Positions 32,858 through 43,595 of a DNA stretch of 64,000 nt are shown here, piece by piece. The notes below the pieces were generated by a model that made no database searches, had not been told where the DNA came from, and saw only the letters and a list, made by a program, of their open reading frames with translations. The first letter of the stretch is position 1; each line of letters begins with the position of its first letter. Origin of the DNA: a virus (lineage: Duplodnaviria > Caudoviricetes). The DNA lies in the IMG/VR virus record IMGVR_UViG_3300035498_000745, positions 25,799 to 89,798 of that record; one strand, 5' to 3'. The position numbers were made by a program, and so were the translations under genes.

Positions 32858-33568
32858 TTAATTATTTTTAGTGTCACTTACTTCATTTTCATCAGTAGTC
32901 TCAGTCTCACTAGAATAATTTCTAGCAATATAGTCCTTAAGGAACATCAAATATTCTTCTGATAATGTCTGGAACTTGATGACATGTCTAAGATTGAGCT
33001 TATCAATATGATCATTAATAAATTGCTCAGAGATTACTTGATGAACTGAGATTGCATTCCAATCCAATTCTACATTTTCAGATGCTAATAGAGATATAAA
33101 TCCTTCAGTTAACTTCTGTTCTCTACATACAAGTCCCCAATCAATATCATCAATGTGTTCAAGCATAAATGTTTCACTTACATGCTGATTCTTAATTATC
33201 TGATTCCAGTCCATATTGTCACAATATTTTTTAATAAATTCTTCAGACAATGTGTTATTGCTATTAGCAATAACAAAAAGATCTACCTTATCAATATTAT
33301 CCATAATAAAATCCTCAGATAATTTCTGGAATCTGGATATCTTGTTCCAGTCTACAGTATTTGCATTTTTAGAGATAAACGATTCACTTAAAGTTTGATA
33401 CTGGCATACTTTGGAAATATTAATATTACTATAGAAGTTAGCAATAATTTCTTCTGGGATTTCATAATTTTCTATTAATGAATCCCAATTAAGTGTGTCA
33501 GATATCGCCATAAAAAATTTGTAATATGGGTAATATCTACTCTGATTATCACCACTGAAACAATTCAT
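32858..33568 (-). CDS. Tryptophan-repeat protein
   Basis: About seven ~23-aa repeats of DWxxISxxQxLSExFI. Confidence 0.85.
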   Translation of the reverse strand: MNCFSGDNQSRYYPYYKFFMAISDTLNWDSLIENYEIPEEIIANFYSNINISKVCQYQTLSESFISKNANTVDWNKISRFQKLSEDFIMDNIDKVDLFVIANSNNTLSEEFIKKYCDNMDWNQIIKNQHVSETFMLEHIDDIDWGLVCREQKLTEGFISLLASENVELDWNAISVHQVISEQFINDHIDKLNLRHVIKFQTLSEEYLMFLKDYIARNYSSETETTDENEVSDTKNN

Positions 33569-33609
33569 AATATTTACCTCCTTAATTGTTTTTACTTGAC
33601 TGTTTCATT

Positions 33610-36306
33610 TTAATAGTGCCATATTATATTTCCATTGTATACGTCTCCAGGATCTGATTTTAGAACAATAACATCAGCCATAGACATGTCTAATTCTGAG
33701 TTATGACTGACAATAAAACATTGTTCACACTGTAGCATCATCATTAATCTATCTAATAATGTAATAAAGTAAGCTCTATTTCCAGTATCTAGACCACCAT
33801 CAATTTCATCAACAAATACTATATTATATTTTGTAGATGATTGTCTTAATAATGAGAATGATAATATCATTGATATCATAGACTTTTGGGCTGTTGACAT
33901 GCTGCTGATATCATCATGTAATAATCCATTCCCCAAACAAGGAATCTTAAATTCATTCTCATTAATAATAAATGGTTGCAAAATAAACTCTCCATCAAAT
34001 AGAAGAGACAATAAATCATTAGCTGTAGTGATAATCTTATTCATATACAGCTGCATGAATAAAGTTTGTATCCCTGTGGATGGAGATGAATAATATCTTA
34101 TTTTATCTATCTTAGAATATTTGTCATTATATTCAGCTAATTCATTCTTATAATCAGCGACCAATGATAAATTATGTCTAAGCTTATCTCTCTCTACATA
34201 TAGATTCTTAATATCACTAGAAATTGAACCAATATTATTATCAGAAATAGAAAGATTAGCATGAAGTTCATCTAGCGCTGATGTATTTGAATCTAATGAT
34301 TTTTTCAGTATAAGTAATTCATTCTGCCTCTCAACTGATGGTTTGTAAGACTGATTGATGCTGATAGATAAAGCTTCAACCTTAGATTTAAGAATCTTTA
34401 ATTTTTCTAAATTCATTTCTCTCTCAGATATTTGAGAATTTAGATAATCAATCTGTTGAGCTAATTCATCAGTCTTTTTAGTTATATCATTTATAGATTC
34501 AATTAATGATTCTATAATACTATTCTTAGACTCGTATAACTTATGTTCAACCTCATATGTATGAAGTTGCTCTTTAGCAATCTTATATTCATCTAAAATA
34601 TTACTATACTCAACGTATTTATAGCATTCTCTTATATCATCAAATGGATCTAATTCTGCTAATCTATACAGAAAAGTTTCTTTAAAATCTTTTCTTAGAG
34701 GAAACTTAGAAATAAATTTCATTTTAGAATTTAGCTCTCTTACGATAGAATTAATATGAGTAAGTATAACAGAATAAGTTTCATATTTATCTATCTTAGC
34801 AGTAATATCCGCTATAGAAGAATTAAGTATTTCTAATCTATCAGACATTGCTTTTAATTCACTTTCAGGATATTGATTGTTTGCATCTACAGCACTCTTT
34901 ATATAAGGACAATCATCAATCTTACATCCTGTTGGTCGATTATTTAACTCATTAGCAATTTCTCTTTTTGATTGAAATATTGCTATTTGTTTATCCAGTT
35001 CTGATCTCTCATTTTTGTACTGATCTAATTGATCTTTAAGAAATTTAATATCGGATGATTGTAATGCAATCTCTTGATTATGATAAATTACGTATTTTAT
35101 ATCATCAATCTGATACATTGAAGTCAATGTATTAGATGAAGTTAGAAGATAATTTAATGACTCCATAGCTGAATCATACTCATCTCTTGTAATAAGATCT
35201 GTATGTTCCAAACCCATATTCTCAAAGACCGTATTGTATTCGTTTACTATAGCTCTTGCACTTTCCATCGCTTTCTTTATATCTAAATAATTATACTCAC
35301 TCTGTAATGAATTGAGTTTCTCTGTCTTATTTTGAAGATCTTTAGATTCTGCTTCCCTCTCAGCAAGCTTCTCTGGGATTATCTGTTTATATAAATCAAC
35401 TTCATTCTGAATACTTGTAATCTGAGTGTTGATATAATTAAGAAAATCATCGACCTTAGATATATCGGTTATTCCATAAGATTGCAACTGCTTTTGAATA
35501 TTATTACTCAATGATTTTATATCTTTATCTAAAGCCCTTAACTCAGATAAAATAGAATCATAATTATTCTCTTTCAATATTGCTTCATAATCAGCAATCT
35601 TCACTTTGATTGCTGCTGATGCTTCTATAGCTTTAGATTTATCTTCTTCTAAAGAATTTATTCTAGCTTCAATATTAGCAAGATTACCTCTAACCATATT
35701 TTCATCACCAATATGATCAATCTTATATACTAAAGAATTGATTATCTGTTTATAAGCACTAGATTTCTTAGAAAGATTCTTATATATTCCATTGTAAGTA
35801 TCAAGAATATTTATAATACCATTAATCAACTTCTTTCTTTCTGCTGGTTTGCTATCGACTAAACCTCTATTCTCAGATGATAATTTGGATAAAGAAATAT
35901 AATTAGAATCCAATCCAAATTCTTCATATAAGATATCATTACATGAGCTAATATTTCCATTAGGATTTAACTCTACTAACTGACCATTTATAGTCTTAGA
36001 TACATACCCTTTAGTTGTCATTCTATTACCATTTCCATTTACAGGATGAATATATCTAATAATATATTCTACTCCATTACATAATAAACTCATTGTTTTT
36101 CTTGCTTCTGTATTTGGTATGAAGCAACTATTAGAATCTGGATTTGGATTAATTGCGTTCATTATGGTAGATTTACCAGAACCATTCTTTCCTCTAATAA
36201 TAATCTTATTATATCTACATTTCGTAAAATCTATTTTTATCTGATTTAATCCCAACCCATTATATATACCTCCATAACCAACCAATTCTATCCATTTATA
36301 TCTCAT
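33610..36306 (-). CDS. SbcC/Rad50-like SMC-family ATPase
   Basis: Walker A GKNGSGKS, long coiled coils with central CKIDDCP hook, signature MSTAQ, Walker B VDEIDGGLD, and SHN. Confidence 0.92.
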   Translation of the reverse strand: MRYKWIELVGYGGIYNGLGLNQIKIDFTKCRYNKIIIRGKNGSGKSTIMNAINPNPDSNSCFIPNTEARKTMSLLCNGVEYIIRYIHPVNGNGNRMTTKGYVSKTINGQLVELNPNGNISSCNDILYEEFGLDSNYISLSKLSSENRGLVDSKPAERKKLINGIINILDTYNGIYKNLSKKSSAYKQIINSLVYKIDHIGDENMVRGNLANIEARINSLEEDKSKAIEASAAIKVKIADYEAILKENNYDSILSELRALDKDIKSLSNNIQKQLQSYGITDISKVDDFLNYINTQITSIQNEVDLYKQIIPEKLAEREAESKDLQNKTEKLNSLQSEYNYLDIKKAMESARAIVNEYNTVFENMGLEHTDLITRDEYDSAMESLNYLLTSSNTLTSMYQIDDIKYVIYHNQEIALQSSDIKFLKDQLDQYKNERSELDKQIAIFQSKREIANELNNRPTGCKIDDCPYIKSAVDANNQYPESELKAMSDRLEILNSSIADITAKIDKYETYSVILTHINSIVRELNSKMKFISKFPLRKDFKETFLYRLAELDPFDDIRECYKYVEYSNILDEYKIAKEQLHTYEVEHKLYESKNSIIESLIESINDITKKTDELAQQIDYLNSQISEREMNLEKLKILKSKVEALSISINQSYKPSVERQNELLILKKSLDSNTSALDELHANLSISDNNIGSISSDIKNLYVERDKLRHNLSLVADYKNELAEYNDKYSKIDKIRYYSSPSTGIQTLFMQLYMNKIITTANDLLSLLFDGEFILQPFIINENEFKIPCLGNGLLHDDISSMSTAQKSMISMILSFSLLRQSSTKYNIVFVDEIDGGLDTGNRAYFITLLDRLMMMLQCEQCFIVSHNSELDMSMADVIVLKSDPGDVYNGNIIWHY

Positions 36307-36373
36307 ATAATCACCTCTTAATTAGATGTGTATACTCCTATATTATCATAAAATAGAGGGTGTGAGAACTAAC

Positions 36374-36658
36374 TCACACCCCAAATTTGTTAAGAGTTTT
36401 TCTATCGATTAATTGCTTAGGGAATTTCTCACTCCAATCTATCAAATAACACTTATTACATACTAAGCATTTGATAAATCTAACATTGACTTTCTGTAGT
36501 TCTCTATATATTTTAGGAGATGTTGCTCCATTAGAAAATAGTCTAGAATAATCTATCAACGTGTTTCTATCTGTTAAAAAGAATAACATATTATTTCCAC
36601 ACTCTTTACATGTGCATGGATTATTAAGCTTACACATTTCTATATTATTATTCAACAT
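36374..36658 (-). CDS. Small zinc-ribbon protein
   Basis: CKEC...CLVC pairs; overlaps the upstream gene. Confidence 0.7.
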   Translation of the reverse strand: MLNNNIEMCKLNNPCTCKECGNNMLFFLTDRNTLIDYSRLFSNGATSPKIYRELQKVNVRFIKCLVCNKCYLIDWSEKFPKQLIDRKTLNKFGV

Positions 36659-37358
36659 TATTTTTCATCCTTATACCAATTAGTTTTTCTCCTATAGATA
36701 TATTTTCATCCTGAATAATATCCATTAAGAAATTATAATCAATACCACATCCTTCAACATCATCCTCTGTTAATCCATTGAAATAATTTATAATATATCC
36801 AGCAACCAACGATGGAGTATATCTAAAATTACTTCCTGCTATAGTACCGTTAAAATCAACGCTAGTAACTATAGGACTATAATATGTAACAAGGAATAAT
36901 TCTGTTAATTTCTTAATTTGATAAAAAATTATACTATTATCAATAATATTATCAATACCATTCTCATCAACTTCAGGAACATGTCCTATATTAATACTTT
37001 TGAAATGGTCTAAAAAAATAATAAGATGCACATCTTGGCATTGATTCCCTCCGTAAAACATATCATAAAATACATTACGTTCATTACCAGTACAATTAAG
37101 CATAAAATGTAACCGATAAGTCATAGATAAAGTATATCGTCCATTTTGTCTTGAATTACCTATAAGTGTACCCTTAGTTACATGAACTACTTTTTCTATA
37201 ATTGGCTTGTCAGAAGACATTCCACAAGAATTATTTAAGAGTAGATATTTTGTTTTATCTGATATTTCCGTATAATCATCAAATGTATTACCTTCTATCA
37301 TTACATCATTAATGGCATTTAATATAGCCATCATGAAAATTACGATTGGTTCCTCCAA
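36648..37358 (-). CDS. Hypothetical protein
   Basis: 236-aa ORF in a tightly packed operon. Confidence 0.7.
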   Translation of the reverse strand: MEEPIVIFMMAILNAINDVMIEGNTFDDYTEISDKTKYLLLNNSCGMSSDKPIIEKVVHVTKGTLIGNSRQNGRYTLSMTYRLHFMLNCTGNERNVFYDMFYGGNQCQDVHLIIFLDHFKSINIGHVPEVDENGIDNIIDNSIIFYQIKKLTELFLVTYYSPIVTSVDFNGTIAGSNFRYTPSLVAGYIINYFNGLTEDDVEGCGIDYNFLMDIIQDENISIGEKLIGIRMKNNVE

Positions 37359-37676
37359 TTAATTCACCCCCATAGGATTTTTTATATCAGCAGGCTTTTC
37401 TCTTTGAGCTAACTCATAATGATGAGTATTCTCATAAAGAAGTTTCCTTAAAGGAGTTAAAGGAATAAATCTTTCTGGTGTTGCAATCATTTCAAATACC
37501 CTCTTACAATTACAACACATTCCTTCACATTTATAATCCATAGTTTTAGAATCAGTAACATACCCATCCATATCAGTTAAGAATAGATTAAACTCTGATT
37601 CTGCTACTACAAATTGACTATGCCCACATGCAGGGCATGATCCTGCTGGTAATAATCTTACCATTACATTCTTCAT
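37359..37676 (-). CDS. Small zinc-ribbon protein
   Basis: CPAC...CCNC; GAGG RBS. Confidence 0.75.
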   Translation of the reverse strand: MKNVMVRLLPAGSCPACGHSQFVVAESEFNLFLTDMDGYVTDSKTMDYKCEGMCCNCKRVFEMIATPERFIPLTPLRKLLYENTHHYELAQREKPADIKNPMGVN

Positions 37677-37706
37677 ATCTTTTACCTCATTTAGCCAAAA
37701 AAATAA

Positions 37707-37943
37707 TTACTTTGTTGGCTCTGAATATTTTATCTTTCTTATATCTCCCTTTGTTACTACAATAGCATCTGTACTCATTTTTGAAGGATCTGAAATTATA
37801 GAGGTGTAGGGTTTAGCCACACCTCTAACAATAACGGATCCAGGAGTATAATTACTACCATAAACGCTCTGCATACGTTTATTTTCTGTATCGGAATAGA
37901 TAAAATACCTGTTGTACATAGATGGTACGTTTGTTGTAGCCAT
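37707..37943 (-). CDS. Small hypothetical protein
   Basis: 78 aa with AGGAGG RBS. Confidence 0.75.
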   Translation of the reverse strand: MATTNVPSMYNRYFIYSDTENKRMQSVYGSNYTPGSVIVRGVAKPYTSIISDPSKMSTDAIVVTKGDIRKIKYSEPTK

Positions 37944-37964
37944 AATAATTCCTCCTAAACTATA

Positions 37965-39767
37965 TTACTCGTTTAGATAGAACATAAGACCATCTCCAAA
38001 AAGATCGATTCCGTTAATATACTCTTCAGTTTCTACAACGTACTTTGGCATATCTAATAAAGATTTTGCTAATGATACGCACTCTCTTAATACATCATTT
38101 GTCTTCCTTGTAGTTGACAAATTATGATCATCTATGATTTTACACATAACTAATCGAGAATCAATAGCCTTATAAGTATCTATCAATTTAGTTATATCAT
38201 CTCTCCATGAACTGGGTTCTTTATACCGATCAAAATGTCCATCATGCAATTCAGCATATGGACAAATAGTTCCAGATACTCCAGGATCAGAGTTTGATGA
38301 TGAATCTATATCTACTCTACCAAGATGGCTTGGTTGAATAGATCTATATGCTTCTGATACAGCATTGGATTTTTCTCCTATACCAGCTATGCCTTTATAA
38401 GTATATTTAAGAGCTATTAATGCATCTAAGTCATTTACACAACTCTTATAACTCACAAGGTTACATTTGATTATAGCATTAATCAAATACATTGGTGGTA
38501 TCTGTATAGCCTTCTTTATTGTATCAAGGTCAGCTTTATCTCCTTTATCAGATATACGATAAATTCCTGTAGCCAATCTATTAGCATATAATGAAGCTAT
38601 ATATTCAGCATATCTAACTTTCTTGGTAGATATATCCAAATTATCCTTCTGCCGTAAAGCATTGAACTCATAAATCATCCATCTAAGGATTCTATAAATA
38701 TCATCCTTATCTTCTGGATCTAATTTAAGGTCTTCTTTTGTCACGTCATCGTAGTTAAACTCTAAAGATTCCAATATAGACAATCCTTTATCATATATGG
38801 AATCAATATTTTTGTTAGTGAAATCAGCACCAAGAGCCTTAATATAAAGATCAGTGCCAAATAATTCACCATACTCAGCATCCTTCATAAAATTAATTAT
38901 TGTATATATGGTATACACAAATGATTGCATAATCTGGATGTTGTCATAGAGATACTTTGGAGCTACAATAAAATACTCTCTTATGGGGAATACATAATTC
39001 TGTTCCATATCTATATGGTCTGTAGAGTTTGCTATATTCACTCCGCTTATATGAAGAAAATTCATACACTCATAATACCCAAACTTAGCTAAGAGATATT
39101 TTATAAGTAATACAGATTTTCTAAATACATTAATTACAAAATAAGTACATGGTATAGCATATCCATGTACATCTTTAAGCTGTGTTGTATAGCGATATAC
39201 CCTTATTGGTGTGAATACAGTCTTGAATGTGATGGAATGTTTTTTACTATTCCTACTAGCACTATTGTTATAAGTACTAGCATCAACAATCTGATACATT
39301 GCAGAATAATACTTTCCATTCAATTTGAAATAAAAATCATCTACAATCTTCGGTATAGCAATATAAACAGTGATTTCATCATTAACCAAACCATCTTTCT
39401 TCTCTACAATCTGAATAAAATACTTAACTTTAATCAAATTAATATCAGAATCATTAAGGTTAATGTACTCATATACATTAACCTTTTTCTTCTTGCCATA
39501 CGATTTCTTTTTCGTATTTTCCGCTGGCTTCTTACCCTTGTTTATAATGAAGTCTTCATATTCCCAAAGGATATGATTAACGTCATCATAACTAGTAATT
39601 ACTTCAAAGTCTAAAACTTTGATTGTAAACGCCGAATCTCTTTCAATACTATATATAATATGCTTTAAAGCATTGATGATATCTTCGTCGTGCCTAACAA
39701 ATAAACTTCTGTTAAATTTTGGGCGAAACTTATCATTATAATCATGAATTAATTGCCTCTGATTCAT
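37965..39767 (-). CDS. Phage RNA polymerase beta N-terminal subunit (non-virion type)
   Basis: YFKLNGKYYSAMYQIVD and RSIQPSHLGRVD..SSNSDPGVSG correspond to beta FIING and RDVHPSHYGR...GxNxG regions. Confidence 0.85.
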   Translation of the reverse strand: MNQRQLIHDYNDKFRPKFNRSLFVRHDEDIINALKHIIYSIERDSAFTIKVLDFEVITSYDDVNHILWEYEDFIINKGKKPAENTKKKSYGKKKKVNVYEYINLNDSDINLIKVKYFIQIVEKKDGLVNDEITVYIAIPKIVDDFYFKLNGKYYSAMYQIVDASTYNNSASRNSKKHSITFKTVFTPIRVYRYTTQLKDVHGYAIPCTYFVINVFRKSVLLIKYLLAKFGYYECMNFLHISGVNIANSTDHIDMEQNYVFPIREYFIVAPKYLYDNIQIMQSFVYTIYTIINFMKDAEYGELFGTDLYIKALGADFTNKNIDSIYDKGLSILESLEFNYDDVTKEDLKLDPEDKDDIYRILRWMIYEFNALRQKDNLDISTKKVRYAEYIASLYANRLATGIYRISDKGDKADLDTIKKAIQIPPMYLINAIIKCNLVSYKSCVNDLDALIALKYTYKGIAGIGEKSNAVSEAYRSIQPSHLGRVDIDSSSNSDPGVSGTICPYAELHDGHFDRYKEPSSWRDDITKLIDTYKAIDSRLVMCKIIDDHNLSTTRKTNDVLRECVSLAKSLLDMPKYVVETEEYINGIDLFGDGLMFYLNE

Positions 39768-39768
39768 G

Positions 39769-40398
39769 CTACTTCGCCTCTCTTTCTATAGTTAAATCTA
39801 CAACAATCTCATCCCCTATAGGATTTGGTACATTTTCCTTATCCTTAAGAGTAAGCTCTGCTGCAATATCAAATGCAGTACAAATACTTATAAGCTTTCC
39901 AAGTGTGATAGAATTACCTTTAAGTAATCTCATATCATTTTGGAATTGGTCAAACCTATCTTCATACTGCTTCTTGTCTACGCCTTTTGAATTGATCGCT
40001 ATCTTTAACGCTCTCATCTCAGGAGTATCATTGTCTGAAATATTGAGTTTCAGAATATTATCACTTGTTGTTATGATATCATTCTGTATATCTCTGAGCA
40101 TTTCATTGTTCCTGATAATATCCTCAATATCTTTTGCCTTTGTATAGTCAATTACATTATCGACTTCATACTCATGCAAATTAGTTTCTGGTTTAATAAT
40201 TGTTCCAACCATACCATTCCCAGGATAGAAATATACTCCTGGTGTGGTATCTGTTGCTCTACTGTTAATTGGTAACACTTTACTTCCATCCCTGCATTCT
40301 ATTGCAGTGAATCTTGGATTATACACCGACTGATTCTGCCTATAATCTTCTGGTGTAACAACGTTATATAAACATTTGTTTATTTGGGTCTTTTTCAC
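39769..40398 (-). CDS. Hypothetical protein with C-terminal HTH-like domain
   Basis: ALKIAINSKGVD...NDMRLLKGNSITLGKLISIC resembles a Cro/C1-type HTH. Confidence 0.65.
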   Translation of the reverse strand: MKKTQINKCLYNVVTPEDYRQNQSVYNPRFTAIECRDGSKVLPINSRATDTTPGVYFYPGNGMVGTIIKPETNLHEYEVDNVIDYTKAKDIEDIIRNNEMLRDIQNDIITTSDNILKLNISDNDTPEMRALKIAINSKGVDKKQYEDRFDQFQNDMRLLKGNSITLGKLISICTAFDIAAELTLKDKENVPNPIGDEIVVDLTIEREAK

Positions 40399-40472
40399 TT
40401 TACTATCCTCCTACTATAAAAAATATAATGAGTGAAGGCATGAATTAATCATGCCCCCACACAAACATAGGA

Positions 40473-41201
40473 TTAGTTTAATACGTCAAGCTTTGAGTCA
40501 TCCTTGATGATCTCTTTCATATGACCATCAGGAGTAATAGAGAATTCCTTCTCATCATTTTCTACCCTTACAGTAGCAACGAAGTATCCAGGCATTTCGA
40601 TGTCAACATCCTCGCCAGGAATAGCTTCATTATCAAGAATCTGAATCAGGGTATCTACAGTTAACAAGCAAGCATCATACATATATCTCTCCTGCTCAAA
40701 CTGAATGCTGGCAATATCATAACCAATCTTATCAAAGATTGAATGGAATGCCTGATCTCCATACAGAAGCTTCTTAACCTTACGGGTACTCTCAAGCTCT
40801 GTTACATCATCCTCATTGAATGTAAAGCTGTAGTCCCAATTTCCAGGCTCGTCCGGATTCTCTGTATTTGCATTGTACTTAACAATACCTGCAAATTTGA
40901 AATTACCAGAAACATCTGTAAGTACTAAAGCCACTGCCTCATCCTCATTGGCAATCTTAGCCTTTGAAAGATAATATGATGTAGAAGCAAAGAACGCCTT
41001 AGTAATTCTCTGTGGGCGATCATCATCGCCGAAACTATAGCCCATTGAATCTGCGTTGACTACAAACGCATGGTGCAATTCTGTATTCTCAACAGACTTA
41101 TTGGCCTGCATTCTTCCTACAGTATTAAGCACCCCCAACTTGTCAGTATTTTTCATCACGTTATTAAAGTTAGTTTTGTCGATCACTTTGATCATAATCA
41201 A
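40473..41201 (-). CDS. Hypothetical acidic protein; C-terminus weakly HU/IHF-like
   Basis: 242 aa, RBS, early promoter motif; IEMPGYF...FSITPDGHMKEII recalls the HU fold (weak). Confidence 0.7.
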   Translation of the reverse strand: MIMIKVIDKTNFNNVMKNTDKLGVLNTVGRMQANKSVENTELHHAFVVNADSMGYSFGDDDRPQRITKAFFASTSYYLSKAKIANEDEAVALVLTDVSGNFKFAGIVKYNANTENPDEPGNWDYSFTFNEDDVTELESTRKVKKLLYGDQAFHSIFDKIGYDIASIQFEQERYMYDACLLTVDTLIQILDNEAIPGEDVDIEMPGYFVATVRVENDEKEFSITPDGHMKEIIKDDSKLDVLN

Positions 41202-41294
41202 TTCCTCCTGTAAAATTAATTAATAGTTACATAAGTGGATTTTATTCCTCTTTATACGCATTTATAATATATGCTTATTTCTAAGTTTAAGCAA

Positions 41295-43595
41295 TTATAT
41301 TTTTATACTATTCTCTGAGAGGAATTCATCCACTGTATAAATCGGTATTCCCAAAGCCTTAGCTTTAGTTATCTTAGTAGAACTCTCATTCTTATCTTTG
41401 GCTATAAGAGCAGATATCTTGCTGGATACAGAGTATTCTCCAGCATCAAATCCATGCTGACGTAATAATGCTACAAGTTCAGCATCCCTGAATCCAGTGA
41501 ATGATACTCTTGGTAACTTTTCAGCACCTTTACTATCTACAATATTCAAATTGTCTATAGCTGCATTTAATTCATGATTATAGATAGCTCTACAATTAAT
41601 AATAGAATCAATAGTTCCAGGTCCAACTCCTTTAATGCCAGTTAATGCATTTATAAGTTGATCATCTGACATGGAGGCTATATCTTTAATTGTTAAATTT
41701 TCAAGAATGATTTTCCATTTCTCATCTGCCATTCCAGTGAAGCTGAATGCTGATAATATTTTAAAATCAGCAATTTTATCATTCTTAAGCTTATCTACAC
41801 ATGTTATGAATTTTACTGAATCATTTGGTCCTAAGACTGCTACATCATTAATACTTAAATTAATAAGCTCATAGAATGATTTAACACCAATTGCTCTTAT
41901 AGCTTCTTCTGAAAAATCTATAAATCCTAACTTGGATATCATATCAACCATTCTGAATACTGATCTCTCTGGGCAATATACATTAGGGCATTTTGCTGAT
42001 TTGCCAGAATCAGATATTACTATCTTAGATCCACAGAATGGGCAATACTCAATAAACTTCTCAGGCTCTCCCTGAATATTACGATTATACTCAGTATCAG
42101 GTTTTGTTACATACGTTATAACATCATTTCTATATTCAATATCAATCTGTTGACCTTTGATTAGATTAAGATCTACAAATCTCTGATATGAATGCAGTGT
42201 CTGTTTAGTATGGATTCCACCAATGAATTCACATGGTTTAAAATGAACCATTGGTATAACATCTCCTGACTTACCGATATTAAAAGTATACCCAAGGAAT
42301 ATTGTCCTTACATTCTTTGGATTAAATTTAATCGCCATAGAATACTTATTAACAGAATTTACTCTACCAAGTCTAGCAATCTTATCAGGATCTGTAAATG
42401 ATATTACCACACCATCTATCATATATGGTAAGATTTTCCTAATTATTTCTGCCGATTCAGTAAACTGTTTAACCTGAAACAGGATCTCATAATAATTGCC
42501 CTTGAAAAATACATGGCGATTACACTGCCCTGAGCTATAATAATGATTCAGAAACTTCAATTCTTCAGCTCTAGGCATATCTAAGCTTGTAGATAATGGT
42601 ATCAGAGTAATATAATCTACAAACTTATAGGCATCTGAGGATGAGAATAAACCTATAATTGCATTTCTACAATTTTTATATGACTTTCCTCTCTTTAATG
42701 CCAGTCTTTCCATATCACGTTTAAGCATTACTGCTTCAAACTTTATACCAAAGATTATATCATTCGGTACATCTTTAGCATATGGGAATTTATATCCTCC
42801 AAGTATTGGAGTTAAATCTGTTGCTACGTTATCAGCAGTATCTCCTCTTGATAATGCTGTTATAATTGTGTCTCCTCTTACTTCAGCTTCGACAGATACA
42901 CCATCATATTTAAGTTCTCCAACCATTTCAAAAGTCTCTTCAGGAGATATTACTCCAGATTCAAGACATTTATGAATGAAGTCTCTTTCAAATACTTTCA
43001 CAGATGTATCTTTATCGAAAACACCCTTATCTTTGGCATCATTATTTAATACAAATTTACATTTGTCAAGGGTGCCAACCAATTCAGGATATTTATGCTT
43101 CACATTTATAAGCCTTTTAGTTATCGGATCTCTAGTAATATAACACATTGTAACTGGTCTAAGACCATATGACATTGGGATATTCTGTTTATGAATATCT
43201 TCTACATACAGTTTAGATTTTTTCTCTTCATCTGTTACTACAGTACACATTACTTTCTTATCTTCAAACTCATTTTGAGCATGTTCCTCGATAAGTATAG
43301 GAGTTGCTCCAATTGCATAGTTAGGATTATAATACTTATACCTTTCTAATAACTGATCATATACTCCATCATCTAATGGTAGTACATCATCTGAGGTATC
43401 GTTATACATTATATTGCTAATCCTAAGGATAAGATCAGCAATTTCTTGCTGATCTGTATCCCAATCTTTAGTTTCAATTAATTTTACTGCATAGTCGCTA
43501 GAATACATACAGAAATCTACACTTCTAGCTTCTTTAGCATCGCCAATTCCTAAACTATTTAGAACTCGACGAAATACATTTTTAGGATCTATCAT
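41295..43595 (-). CDS. ligA: NAD-dependent DNA ligase
   Basis: ELKYDG adenylation motif, SRGD, DGVV, AIKF, C4 zinc finger, HhH repeats and C-terminal BRCT-like domain. Confidence 0.92.
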   Translation of the reverse strand: MIDPKNVFRRVLNSLGIGDAKEARSVDFCMYSSDYAVKLIETKDWDTDQQEIADLILRISNIMYNDTSDDVLPLDDGVYDQLLERYKYYNPNYAIGATPILIEEHAQNEFEDKKVMCTVVTDEEKKSKLYVEDIHKQNIPMSYGLRPVTMCYITRDPITKRLINVKHKYPELVGTLDKCKFVLNNDAKDKGVFDKDTSVKVFERDFIHKCLESGVISPEETFEMVGELKYDGVSVEAEVRGDTIITALSRGDTADNVATDLTPILGGYKFPYAKDVPNDIIFGIKFEAVMLKRDMERLALKRGKSYKNCRNAIIGLFSSSDAYKFVDYITLIPLSTSLDMPRAEELKFLNHYYSSGQCNRHVFFKGNYYEILFQVKQFTESAEIIRKILPYMIDGVVISFTDPDKIARLGRVNSVNKYSMAIKFNPKNVRTIFLGYTFNIGKSGDVIPMVHFKPCEFIGGIHTKQTLHSYQRFVDLNLIKGQQIDIEYRNDVITYVTKPDTEYNRNIQGEPEKFIEYCPFCGSKIVISDSGKSAKCPNVYCPERSVFRMVDMISKLGFIDFSEEAIRAIGVKSFYELINLSINDVAVLGPNDSVKFITCVDKLKNDKIADFKILSAFSFTGMADEKWKIILENLTIKDIASMSDDQLINALTGIKGVGPGTIDSIINCRAIYNHELNAAIDNLNIVDSKGAEKLPRVSFTGFRDAELVALLRQHGFDAGEYSVSSKISALIAKDKNESSTKITKAKALGIPIYTVDEFLSENSIKI